A stretch of 62,368 bases of DNA, filler included, from Choristocarpus tenellus KU-1152 (Eukaryota > Protista > Phaeophyceae), in assembly GCA_964200185.2 (NCBI GenBank). It is 10 parts of 10 records of this genome, joined end to end, with 100 filler letters (N's around TTAATTAATTAA, not from the genome) between each part and the next. Parts side by side here need not be neighbours in the genome. Positions count along the whole stretch, not along the records: positions 1 to 14,640 come from CAXNAD020001145.1; 9 more parts are not named here. One strand, 5' to 3'. A model generated the notes under the pieces. It was not told where the DNA came from. It ran no database searches and saw only the letters and a list, made by a program, of their open reading frames with translations. Of the stretch, positions 1-12,763 are shown piece after piece (positions within the stretch are counted from its first letter, which is position 1; every line of letters begins with the position of its first letter). The position numbers and the translations under genes were made by a program.

Positions 1-1040
1 GTAAACTTAGGAGTGAGGAGCACCATCAAAGATGGGGCTTCATCACCGCCAGTTAAGACGTGAAAACAAAGTGGATTTTCAATGTGTGACATTCAGACAG
101 AAAGTCTGTCTGTGGAATCACAGATTCTTGACTGGGAACCTTAATCGGTACCACGGTATAACGGTATATGGCAATAACAGTATAATAACAGAAAAAAATG
201 CTTTCCACAGATAGGAGGATATATTCATAGTAATAAATCAAGGATTTACACGGGAGCATATTTTTGGGTGGGCAAACGAAAAAATTTGAAAGTTTGCTGC
301 TCTCTGCCAACTTGGAAATCAAAACCTGGCGGTGAGGTATGACGTTACATATTTACCTTGAACAGCACAAGCAATCACAAATACCGTCAACACTTTGTGT
401 CTAGGCCATACCGTACTGCCTACTAAACTGAAACCCCTTTTAAAAGGCTGCGATAAACATCCTAAATTAGAGATCTAGCTGTACCACAGTAACATGCTTC
501 CCAGCAAAAGTGAGGAATGTGTACAAATATTTTAGTCCAAAATGGACTGCAGCTCCAACTGATAGCTGAATGACCTACAGCTCACGAAGCCAATGCTCCA
601 CCACTCAGCTATAGGGGCTACATGGATGGTAGTTCTATACCTCCTGCTGTGTTGTGAGAATGAATACACCATGCATCCATTACAAAAATCAATGAAGTAT
701 TCACCTTCACAATTGACGGCAAGGCACCTGCCAACAAAAGACGCAACCCTTTGCATATGACAGACATCAGGGTCACTGTCAGCTAAAGAGAACAAAGAAA
801 ACACACAACAAGGAGAGGGGACCACACCGGGTCCAGGATCATAAACACACATAGAGACAAATGGAGCAACAAAATAGTCCCAACTAAAACAGAACATAAT
901 CTATCACAAACTGATTCAGGGACATCCAACAATCAAATGGAGCAAATCAGTACAAACCCTTTTTTTCTTCTGTTTCAAATGTAATAAATGGAAAGCCATG
1001 AATTCCTACTGCCACTTCATGTTTCAGTCCAATTGAAGGA

Positions 1041-4000
1041 CTATTCCAGTCTTCTAGTATCTCCCTCACGTAGCAACAGCAGCAGGCATCGCTTCAGAGT
1101 TCGCACTGGGATCCCACAAAGCAGTTGCCCTTCCCACTGTCTCACTTCACTAGAACCTATAGCTCCCACTGATTTCTCTACTTCCTCCTCCTCCTCCCCC
1201 CCCCCACCATTGTCTTCCTTCAAAGACAAAGAACCTGGGTTAAGACCTCCTTTTCCCCACGAAGTCTTCTCCCCCCATGCACCAACAACTGCAGCAGCTG
1301 ACCTGTGAGACGCAGCCACAGCTACCCCACGTCGAACCATTGACACAACAAGGGAAGGAGTAAGACCTGGTGGGCGATACCTCATTGTCAGATTCATGCG
1401 ATCGGGTCGGTCCGCCATTACACTCTCCACAAGGGCATCCTCAAACGCCAGCCGATGTTGTAGGGCAAGACTTCCGTAGGGAGAAGGAACACGGGGGGGT
1501 GTAGAGGCTTGAGTGGGCCGACCACCACGCCCATGAGACCCATTTCCACCCTCATTAAAGGGATGTGCAGCGCTATCCAAATCATCTCTGGGGTCATTGT
1601 GACCCTTCTCCTCTGCTGCAGCTGCACGTTGCAACCTACCCAGTAGGCGCATTGCAGCTGCCCATGCCTGATTCATCCCTCCTTCCTCATCACCCTCTCC
1701 AGGTTGGTCATGCCCTGCCCCAGCCCTAGCCCCAGCTCCCATTCCAGAGTACCTCCCCTTTCCCCATGCCTCCTCTCGAAGGAGGCGGGATGCCTCTGTG
1801 AACATTTCTGCCCCTAACATCAGGGAAAGGCGTGCTTGTCGGTGGGCGGGGGGAAGGCGCGCATCCAACTTAGCCACAGGAAGGCACGCAAGTGCCCGGG
1901 CACAGTGTGAACTGACTGTCGACGATTGATTCTGAAAGAGCAAAGAGTTTGAACCATCACCAGCTGCAGTACCAGAGAGTACTCCACTAGAGGGCAGCGC
2001 AGCAGTTCCTTCATTCCACTCTCCATTCACACAAGCTCTGATTGGGTGGGAGAGAGCTGCCCCTGTCACTGCCTCCGCCTCCACCATGGTAACCTGTTCT
2101 TTGTCTGCAGTCTCCCAGTCAGATTTACAATGAGGATGATCAGGCGTATCTTGCACCACAGAGACGTGACCTTTTTCATCAACTCTCCTTACAGACGCCC
2201 CCTCAACAATAAACACTGCAGGAGTATCAACAGATTTCTCATCACCTCTGCTGTTGCCAATGCCAATTTCATCTGCTTCCCGATTCTGACCCTCTCCCCA
2301 CACTGTAGAGACAGTGGTCGCATTGACACAAACATCATTGGCTCCAACAGCAGTCACAGGCACAGAGGAGGGAGACACAGTAGTGTCAGACGCTGAGGAA
2401 GAGTGTAAGGCCCACATGTAGGCTCGGTAGCGCCCAAGGCGTTCAACAAACCTTGGAAGGGATTGTGGTTGGAACCGAAATAGTGCCCGACAGGCCACTT
2501 CAAACATTGGGGATAATTCCCCTTTTCCTTGCCCTGGACCCGAGCTCAAGAACAGCACCAATGGGTCCACCCCAGCACTGACCTGCCGACCCTCCCGCCC
2601 TTCTGCTGTTTTGTTGCTAAACAGTGCTTGGAGATCTTCAGGAAGATCCTGGTATTCACAAGGAGTAGAGTGTGATACATTGAGCAGTTGCACAAGGCAT
2701 TCCAAGCAAAGAAAGAATGAAAAAAAGAGTTGGTTAGGTGGAGTGTACAGTCGATCACAGGAGGAGGTAATTGTATCCAGTCTAGACAGTTCGTATCACA
2801 AGGTTACAAACACAGGCATAGTCCCTCTGTGAAGGGCATACAATGTGACATTAGACGAAGTCAGAAAGGTATTATATATACTCTCATTGATATTACATTA
2901 GGAATAGTGCACACCATCATAAAAGAGAGGAGTTGGAACTCGTGACAGGAAGTGCAACAAACAAAAAAAGAGAAAGGAGGAGATGAGCAGCATAGCGTTC
3001 CCTAGGCCAAAAGGAAACATATTCGACACATCTGGGCACAAAGAATAAATGAAGGTACTTCAACATGTAACATCATATGCATATCAAACACAACACCCCT
3101 AAAAGGCCCCCAAAGTACCAGTATCTACCAAAACACACCCTTGGCATGCACCAGGACACAGTAGGGTGAGCGCCTCTGCCTCACCTCCACTGTCTCTGCC
3201 ACCTCACACCAAAACGCCCATGAAAGGTGATCCAAAGGACTGGAGGAGTCTATCCTAAGCCCCTCCTTCCCCTCACTCTGGAGTTCCATCCACCTATCCT
3301 GGGATGCCAGTTGCAGCACTTCAGGATAGTATTGCCCACCCTTCCCAGCATCAAGCTTTCGTACAGAAGATGTGACCCAACGCCGCAGAGCATCTTCAAA
3401 TAGTGCTGTGGCCGGGTCCAACCCAGCTGCAGCCAATGCCAGCTCCCTAGCGCTATTTGTACCCTGACCACCCCTACCTGCAGCCTCACCCCTTTGCTTC
3501 TGCCTTCCCTGTAGCCCATGTCTCTGCCTTGAGCCCCTGTTGGAATCTTCCATTAGCTGACGAACTTGGTGCAGGAGTCTCAATGCCTCCACAACTTGCT
3601 TTTGCAGCCCCAGTTCTCCTACACCAACGCCTCCTCCTGCCCCCACTCCCATCCCATCAGTTGCTCTGGCGCCATTTACAGCTAGAAGCAGCCATGGTGG
3701 CAGCACTGCCAAGTTTGGGTCAGCAGAAAGAGCATGGCAAATTGCTCCTATGTCCATGGCCCCCACACCATCACTTCCTGCTCCCCTACCAGGTTTCTGC
3801 AAGGAGGAGGATGAAGTCAACAGCACTGAACGTAGTGCACTAAGAAGAAGAGCTGTGCCCCACTCTTTCCCAAGCCCAGTGAGCCGCCGGTAATCCTGAA
3901 GGTACTGGAGAAGAGATGCAGTGGATGAAGCTTGACCTGCTTACAAGCATCACCAGCAAGAGAGGATTGGACCGATCAATGTTGGGATCCAGTTGACAGG

Positions 4001-6449
4001 CAAGATTGTGTCCCATGCAACAGGCTGCAGAGAAAAAGTTAATAGCACAGTCAACAAACGAGATAGCAGGGTCATGACAGAAATGTAAAGGGAGGTAAAA
4101 GGAAGATAGGCAACGGGGGTGTAAGTTCGTGGGACTGAGGGAATGGATGTACAGGGGAGATGCCCGCATTCCCATTCGGTAGCACAGGAAGGGGTAGGAG
4201 GGAGGAGGGAGGAGGGAGAAGAGAACTAATGCAATGCTGCATACAAGATGTGAAATGCGCCGTGACAGCTAATGTAGGGTTTTGAACATCCACCAAAGGC
4301 AAGTTTGCAATACTTCAAGGGAAGATAGTGTAACACAAAGCAGCATTCACAGCCTAGCCAAAAACATGAAAAATCTAGCACAAAACGATTTTTCCAGCCT
4401 TAATTGAACCAAATGGAATGCATAAGCACTAAAGATGGGGTATCTACAAAAAACACACCTGACATACTCAAGAAAGAACAAATGCACTTCTCTGTGTCCG
4501 GTAGTCTCAGCCTTAGTGTGTCCTGTGGTGACATCACCCCCACACTATGCCCACGAGTGCAGGACCTCCATAAATTCACCCACGACTGCGCACCAATGCC
4601 CCTGCCCTCGCCTAAAGTCCTATCATATCCTCTGCACAAACAAATTAGTTGTTGATTGATGCCTCCTGTACCATCGCCTTCGACACTGGGCGGTGGCAAT
4701 GTCCTCGGGCAGTGACAGCAGCGTGGGATATTTTCTACCCCCAAGAGTTGACCAGAGCACATATCATAGACATATGCAGCAGTTCTGACACATCTGGGAT
4801 TGCGACCTTCTTTGAATTTGCTATCAATAGTGTTGTCATTGTTCAACTGACAGCAGAGAATAGCAAAATTTAAAAGAACTGTCAGGGATGATACGCCACC
4901 AGACGGAAGGGGTTTCAAGAGACATTGGACTCTAGAAGAGAGCCCCCCTCGGAGCACAGACACTGCATACAATGTCCCTGGTGGCCGAAACACTATCAGG
5001 TCCTCAGTTGTATCATGAACCGCAAACAATGCAACAGATGGAACGGGCGGGTGGTGTACCTGTGCCGGTAAAGATGAAAATATGGGCTCATCCTCCTCAC
5101 CAGTTACTGAAACAAGACCCTCTCCCGTAGCTGTATGCTTTTCTTCAGCTCCTTCTTTGTTTCCCCGACTACCTTTTCCATGTTCTCCTCCAGTGTTCTC
5201 AATATCCTCCCGTATTGTCAAATTGTTTATTTCAACACAGTTAGATCGTACCCCTTCCAATTCTTCTACCCTGACAGAATCAGCACTGAAGGGAAGAGGT
5301 GGTGGTATGGATACTTCCAGGAGTCGTGCCGTTGCAAAGAAGTTGAAAAGGATCGCCCCTCCTCGTACCATCCATACACCCTCGCGGCCACACAAGAGGG
5401 CGTCAACAGGAGATGCGAGCAGGCACACTGAAAAGCCGACCGAAACTTTTGGGGCAGGAAGTTTGTGCACCCTGGCCTTGTCACAGTCATTGTCACCGCC
5501 AATTGTCCGTTCCTCTTGTGCCAAGGTAATGCGACGGGACCATACCCTGCGGCCCTCTACTGGCTGGGGCCCAAGACCCAAACCCAGGCCCACCCCCTCC
5601 CCATCGTCCTCTTGCACCCAAGAGATGCGATACCTCGAGCCCTGCTCGGCTCTTCCAGGTTCCATTCCTATGACTGCGGATATTACCCGCTCTCCGAGAG
5701 GATCTTCCCTCGTAGAGCACAAAAAGCAGCGATTTAGGTAGCTCCATGCCCAGCCCCCCTCCTCTCCACTCCATGCCCAGACATGCAGCAGGCCAGTTGC
5801 CTCGAGGCAAATATAAACAATGCTACGGCCAGTTCTGGCACTTCCTGTAGTCCCAAGCTCAATAAAAGCGCTCAAAACTACCTGATGTAGCGCATTGATG
5901 AGACAAGAGGGACAGACTTGATTGTTGGTATGAAAATCACAACCAGTGTGCCTGTCAGCGCTGACTGGAAGTTGCTTAGCATCTCAACTCTAGCGATTCA
6001 AGGGGAATAAAAGTAAAGTAAATTGGATATCCTACATTGTCTTCATTCTCGATGACTAGAAGTTCCGGGATGCCGTCGCCCAGGTCTCCATAGGAGTTGG
6101 ACGTGTTAACCTCATCATCCTCCTCATTTCCAGACAGTTCTAGGATCCTTCTCAGGAAATGCGCTAACTGATGTGCGGATGGACAAGGTGCAGAGTCTGG
6201 AACGGAATCTAGCAGCACAGTCAAGCGGTACACAGGGATATCGGCGAAAGATGGGATCGAGTTTTCTCCCACTGTCAACTCCTCCGTATCGGTTTTAACC
6301 GAGTGCACAGCAAGGGACAAGGCCACATGACCAGCACACACGGCAATACGCTCTTGAGAAATACGTCCCTTGGACTGGCGGGCGGTACGGAGGATGGCGG
6401 AACCTCTCAGGGGTGGCCATGAGGACTCAAATTTCTCAAGGGAGACCAT
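1041..6449 (-). CDS. HPS6: HPS6-like protein (BLOC-2 complex subunit), ~1398 aa; exons 6449-6036, 5881-4459, 3936-3185, 2648-1041
   Basis: Four ORF-track segments join through GT-AG introns with consistent phases (0,1,0), total 4197 nt. C-terminal motifs FEVACRALFRFQPQSLPRFVE, CARALACL, LSLMLGAEMFTEASRLLREEAW, RYRPPGLTPSLVVSMVR and IPVRTLKRCLL are co-linear with the recalled animal HPS6 C-terminal motifs ([29 protein letters not shown], LELLL...QLVQKEQW, RLCPPELAPAELLLLLR, LTVGLLKALL). Confidence 0.7.
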
Positions 6450-6754
6450 TCCTGTGAGAGGAATACGAAATTGTTACCATAGGGTTAGGGTTTCTGGTGT
6501 AAGTTGGGAGGTGATAATGGTGTGTGACGACAAACTCCACAACTTATTGTAGTCCCTTGTGAGAGTGTACCAATCGTTTTACCATCAGTAAAGGTGAGTG
6601 CTGCCTACTATGGAGGATGTTGAGAGCAAGATGAAGATTGTTAGTTTTTTCAACAGTCGTTTGTGTGCTACACACGAAATGGATTGTAATTTTTAAGTTG
6701 AGCAAAGGGTAAATGTGGAATGTCATCCCTCAATTCTTGCACCCACAGGTAAAT
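6450..6754. promoter_or_regulatory. Short divergent (bidirectional) intergenic region between HPS6-like and cox1-c, containing a telo-box-like TAGGGTTAGGGTTT at ~6480-6493
   Basis: The two ATGs are 305 bp apart and head-to-head. The telomere-like motif is seen directly. Confidence 0.45.
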
Positions 6755-7003
6755 ATGCTTCGCACTGTGGTATCGAAGCTTGCCCCCGTGACGATGAAGC
6801 CTGTAGCCATCAGGTCGTTTGCTCAAGTGCAGTTCGCCGCTCCTGCTGTAGCTAGAGCCTTCTGCGCGAGTGCTTCCCCAGGTCCCAGTGATGAGGTCGT
6901 TGTGGCGGAGGTTGTGGATTCTCTTGAGTGGACACTCTCGTGCCCGCCACCGATTCACCAGTTCGATGAGCCCCCAATCGTTGTGGAGATCTCAGAGTGC
7001 TGA
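6755..7003 (+). CDS. cox1-c: Nucleus-encoded C-terminal fragment of cytochrome c oxidase subunit 1 (Cox1-c) with mitochondrial transit peptide, 82 aa
   Basis: The N-terminus MLRTVVSKLAPVTMKPVAIRSFAQ... is R/S/A-rich and acid-free like a presequence. The C-terminus SLEWTLSCPPPIHQFDEPP matches the conserved COX1 C-terminal motif (LEW...[S/C]PPPxHxFxEP). Confidence 0.85.
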   Translation: MLRTVVSKLAPVTMKPVAIRSFAQVQFAAPAVARAFCASASPGPSDEVVVAEVVDSLEWTLSCPPPIHQFDEPPIVVEISEC

Positions 7004-9843
7004 GACATGAGGTTCGCTAACCCCAAGAAGTGACATTTTTGATCCATCAGAGAAGAATAGGAGGGGTACCCTGAAAGATACCACGCCTTTGATAACTTGC
7101 TGAGACTTAGAGGGTGAGAAAGATTAGCTAGCCTCACGCGCTATCTACTATAATCTTCACAATTTACTTCAATTTGGGTGTTGAGTGCATATGACCCGGG
7201 GTCTTCTTGAATGCAATGGCCTCGAACCATTCCCCTAGAAGGGAGGATGAGGGAAAGCCTCTCAACAATGTTCTGTGACCAAGCTGGACGCGAGTTCCTC
7301 ATTGCTAAGTGTTTGTTTTGATGTGTGCATATGGCATGTGTTCCATTTGTTTATCCCTGAAAACACCTGCACTTGTCTGCCTTAAGCGATACCTGCAGGG
7401 GTGGTGGGGAAAGGAATGTAGTACATGTGAGGATCAATATCGTATCTACGTTTGGGGTGTGCTACATAGTTGCAGAACCCCCAAGTTAGGTTGGTTCCGA
7501 GGCTGAAAGAGTTAGGAAAAGTCAAGGCATATTTCCTGTTTCAATCAAAAACCAAATGTCTGAACGACAAAATCTGGGAGACTTCCTTCGTCACTGTGAG
7601 GGCATCGTTTCTTCCAGGGTATAGATTTTTTGCATTTTATTTGATACAGTCTCCTCTCTTACAATTCCTCACTTCCAAAATAAATAAAGGCGTCCAAATT
7701 GCTCTACAACGCAAAGGGCTCTCCACATAATATTTGTCGTGCATGTGAAATCTCAACTGTAGTCGACTATATCTAGAGCTCACTTGTCTCTTGGAACCTC
7801 AAACTCTAGTTAGTAGGCACTGGACCAACCCACAACGATTATTCTGTCCAATACCTAAAACAGAGGAAGATGACTTGGCTTGATCGAATACAAAACTCAT
7901 ATTCTGCCCTCTTCTCATCCTGATATGACAGGCACCCCCAACGAACATGACACAGTATTTTTTGCCTCAGTGTTACATTTCTCATGGGCAAAGTTTATTG
8001 CTCTAGCACTCCTCAAACCAGGTCCTATAGGGACCCAATCCCATTTTGTAAGGCGAGAGGAAAATCCCTTGTTCCTCATCTCAGCGATGTTTAGATGCAT
8101 CAGTACGCAACAAATTTCAATGGGGTGGTTGTTCAAGGGGAGATTTTATTCTTTTGCCCTGAGGATACATACACACAAGGCATTTTTGTACGGAACTTAA
8201 AAACAAAAAGAGCCCTAACAAGTGCTTTATTTCTTACATAGTAAATCTAAGTGACCAGAGGACTTGAACTTCAACATTCCTGATAAAATGGACTTGATTG
8301 CTACAAAGAATCTTTTACCAGCCCCTACATGTCCCACCCCAACAAGTTGAGTTTAGCTGCTGCTGAGACACGATCCTAAAATACACTAGTGTAGGGGACA
8401 TGAGCTCCAACCCCCTCCCGCCTCTATATCTAGCGAGGGTTGTTGAAGAAGAATCCATGTGTAGTAGTAGTGTATTAAATGGCACTACCACTCTAATGAC
8501 CCTTTGGAACAGGTGAAAGTCACCCTTCCACCACAGTCGTTATATTTGCACAAAAGGTGATAAGAAACCCATCTCATGCCTCTTGACTTCAGAGTGTGAT
8601 TGCAACCTGTGAAATACCCTAAACCCTACAGTAAAACGAAACAGCCTCCTACATACTTCAAGAACCTTACCACATCTATGACAAACACTGCTCACAACGT
8701 ATCGTCCCACATTAAAAAGAAAAGGAGAAAAAGAAAAAACAGGCCTATGTTCCTGCCGTGTGATGCAAAACAATGTAGTGTATGTTTAGTTCTATGCGAC
8801 CGACTGAATAGCTGACAAGGTGAGTAATCTCAGTCACAATTCACGGATCTGGACAACCTTTACATGCCATAGTCTCTGCAATGTACTCAATCTGTCGCTT
8901 CAGATACAAAGCAGTTCAAAGTACACCAGAAGGCAATAAATACACTCACTCCCTCCCTATAGGCACAATTGCAGCAGCATGAACTGCAGGATAAAAGTAC
9001 TGATCTTAGTGGTGCCCCCTAGCGAGGTTTCAAAGTTTGACACACATCACTCAAAAGAAATTGTCAAGAATATTTTTACGGTACAGCAGTTGTCCAAAAT
9101 GCTCGCCAAGAAAATTCCATCACTACAAGTACACCACGACAGGATCCACACGAGATGGTAGGCTCAGAAAAAAGGAAAAATCATTATTTAACCTCGTCCC
9201 CCTTCCCCACACATACGCAGCATATATTTAGTATTATGGACAAACAACTTCATCCCTGCCCCTTCTACACCACAGTGGCAACAGGATATCACCATGGGAA
9301 CACCTGCATGTCTTGTGGGGGCAGAAAGAACCTTCGGCTGACATAACATCGATAAGTAACATGCAATGGGTAACACACACACAAAAAACAGAATCAAACA
9401 CCCTCTTCCACACCGCATCAGTATCTTTCACACTTTCATCCTCACGGGTCTACCTCCCTACCAACATATTTCAGACACAGAACATAGAACATACTAGCAC
9501 AAACCACTAATGCAGCAACATCGATCCCACCTCCTTCAAAACCTGCGTTTTTGTTATGTGTTGTTACCAAATAGAAATAAACATATTGCATATATAAAAA
9601 AGATAAAGCATGCAATAGCACTTTGATCCACCTTTTCACATACATACAGACAGCTGTAGCTCCAAAGTGTGGGAATGTTAAAACTAGCTCAGGCTACCTT
9701 ACCACATCACAAAACAAATAACCTATTCTGCAGCAAAATCCTAACCCTGTTCCGTGAGTTGATGCACTCCCCAGGCACGCTTCCTTCCTGTCATCCTGTC
9801 AAGATTGACCAAGGAATCCCCCTTCACCCTCCAGTCCATGTGA

Positions 9844-12763
9844 TCATCTCCCAGGCTTCCCCGGGTCTGACACCATAGTACCCTGCCACTGTGACAGTCG
9901 CAGGGCTGGTAAAACAGTGGATGCAAGTGAATGTTCTCGGAGTTTACATTCACCAAATCCCCATCCTCCTCGAGCCCAGGGGTTCCGCAACACCTCCTCC
10001 ACTGTAACACGCCTCTTTGGATCATTCTCCAGCATGGAAGATACCATTGTTGCAGCTTCATTAGACACAGCCTCCCAGGCTTTAGTCATACTTTCTCGAC
10101 CCCTTCTGGTTGAAGCAACATGTGGCTGGGCTCCAGTGAGAAGAAGGTGCGAGATGGAACCCAAGGACCACACATCAGCGGGGGGTCTGAATGGGTCTCC
10201 CTCAATCACTTCAGGGGCAATAAATCCTGTGTGTCCAGTAGACAGGGTAAGGAACAGCAGAAGAGTTAGGATTAAGGGACTAGTGCTTTCGATTGAGTAA
10301 TGTTTTCATGTAACCTTACAAGTTCGTTGGACTCAAGGAAGGTGTCCTGTGTTTTGCTGACCTAAGCGATGGCAAGGTCACCTCTTGGATCTTGCAGGGC
10401 AGGAGCACTTGCTTCTTGATCAAAATAATTTTTCCTTGGCAGTCAGATCGTGTTGAACAAACAACCCCGCTGATGTGTCCAAGCAAGTGATGCATGGTCA
10501 CGTACGCCACAAACTGATCCTATCCATCTACGGGTGCTTGTATCACCATTCACATCACCATTCTTTACTTACAGTCCATGCCATTCCTGCACAGACTCAA
10601 GACACTGTCATCAAGCACACTTAAAACAGCAGGCAGAAAGCAGGAGAAGGGTACTTACTACACACATTCAACGATCCAAACAACCCTCACCATGCGCAAA
10701 CCCATAGTAGCTGTCTCCAGATGGAACCTCTCCATCCTGTGGGAGCCGCTTCGCCAAACCCCAGCCCGTGATCCTCAATTGAGCTGCCCAGTCCATCGCA
10801 GCACTAGTGAAACCCTCACTCTCAGTCTCCCCCCTCGCCCTTGCCCCCACCCCTCCAACAAGCAGCAGCTTTTCAGGGCACAGATTTCGATGTACGACAC
10901 CCCTGTTGTGAGCATACGCCATTGCCCCAAGCAGAGTAGTGATGATACAGTGGGCATCTGCCTCTGTGTATGTTTCCCGTCGGACCAGACTATCAATAAG
11001 TTCCCCACCGTCTAGCAACTTAATGGCACAGGTTACGTTGGAGTAGGGGGAGGGCGAGGGGAAGGGTTACTTCTGAGGTGGTTGATGCATTGCACATTGT
11101 GCCAATCCAAGCTCAATATTCCGGTGTCCAGATGAGGTATCCCAATGGTGGTCAAACTCTGATTGCCTTCGCTGGCTTGTTATTCAAACCAGTAATTCAT
11201 CCAGCTTACCCCCAAGAAGTTGGTATGATGACCCCAACATACAGTAAAAGAATGTGTACTAACAAGGCAACCCCAAGGGGGGGAGACTGGTGGGAGTAGC
11301 TCAATGACATCATTTGACCATTTTGATTGATCGATGGGACTGGCAACTGTGAGGGGCATTGCAGTTCTTCCAGTGTAACATATGTGCATTTCTTTTGGTG
11401 CATCTGCACTTCAAAAACATCAAGGAAGGTTAGCGCATTAGTATCAATCAAAAAATTCGAAAGGTCAAACTGAAGGAGGCAGGTGGGCATAGTGAGGAGG
11501 GGCTTTGTGCATTTTTTAAAGCTGATTTATTGTCTATGGCCTTCTCCCTTGGTTATCCTTCATCATAGGAGAGCTAATCGGAAGGCTCATCATATTGCCT
11601 AGCAATTCTGATTGTACTATCCAGTATCCCGTACGAAAAGTCACCACTCTAACTCTTTCTCACAATTTTCTTTCTACAGAAGCAAGAATGGAAAGATCTG
11701 GTTAGGCATCCTTTCCGCACCTCTGCACTATAAGACATCCTCTCCTTTGTCCCTGCTATTGAGGCCAGGAGCGTATATAACCCGGTAGTAAGTGCAAAAA
11801 TCACCATATCCCCACTCTTATCCCCACTCTGCTAACTCACATCGAGTACAAGGTAGTGGTGGTCTGGTCGAGAGTGGAAGTCTACCAAGCGTACAATATT
11901 TGGGTGTGAAAGACGGCTAAGCACCGCCACCTCCTCCATCACGCAAGCCTCCTGGAACGAAGGCAACAGCGTAGATATGCGGTGGATTGCCCAGGTGAAG
12001 GCGGTTGAGAGAAAACGAAGTGTCAGCAAGATAATAATCCCTTGAAAAAACGAAGTTGAGGGGAATGGTAGGATTGGTTCTTACTTCTAACCCGACAACA
12101 GAATACAACCATCGAGGATTTGGCGAACAGATGAACAGCGCAGCATGTACCAATCACATCACGGTCTGGACGGGTGAGGTGTGCACTGTTAGAGCATTCA
12201 TCGGTTCAAGTATTATGATACAGCAACAGCGCCATAGCAAATGAGGATTTCACTCAGAATCGACACCTTGCTTCGTTTGGCTTTCACACCTGTTCCTCGG
12301 TAAGTCGAAGGCGCCTAACGCACTTCAACGCCATACTATTCCTATCAGAGCGTTGGATTGCGTGTCGAACTTCCGACAGGCGGCCATGCCCCAAGCGTCT
12401 CCCAAACAGAAACTGTGCAGTGGATGGCAATTCATATTGTGAGCTGGGGTTTAGGAAATTGAAGGAGAATGCGAAAAAGCAGGACCAGATTTTCCCATCA
12501 GTGCGCATCAGATGTGATTTGAGTAAAGCAGGAGAGTACGAGCGAATAGGTAAGTACGTATGATATGAGACTAATCTCTAGGATGCCTGCTGGTTTTCCT
12601 ACGAATATCTTACTGTGTCATCCAGTGAGTAGTCGATTTCGTCCAGACGGGGTCCTGACGTGCTACCGCACCAGAAGAAGCAAGTGCCCAGTGAGAAAAG
12701 GTCCAGCTTGGGACGGATGATTGACGAGTGTCTTTGGTACCCCCACGCACGATGGCGGTCCAT
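9844..12763 (-). CDS. CAMK-family protein kinase-like protein, probable pseudokinase, ~364 aa; exons 12763-12614, 12412-12290, 11951-11841, 11018-10691, 10226-9844
   Basis: Kinase subdomains appear in order (LGHGRLSEV, MALK, MEEV, HPNIVRL, GGEL, HRNLCPEK, ITGWGLA, FIAPEV, DVWSLG, DPKRRVTVEEVLRNPW). GT-AG junctions are phase-consistent, total 1095 nt. Exon 1 is the least certain. Confidence 0.85.

Noticed and set aside
3840-4175. ORF-track frame 3840-4175 as an HPS6 exon
   Set aside because: It ends in a stop. The acceptor giving an exon start at 3936 in the adjacent frame produces a continuous protein.
5082-5741. 219-aa plus-strand ORF and other antisense ORFs over 988-5810
   Set aside because: Shadow frames of the HPS6-like exons, with no independent motifs.
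6755-7003. NUMT interpretation of the COX1-like motif
   Set aside because: There is no flanking mitochondrial sequence, codon usage is GC-rich and nuclear-like, and the transit peptide is in frame.
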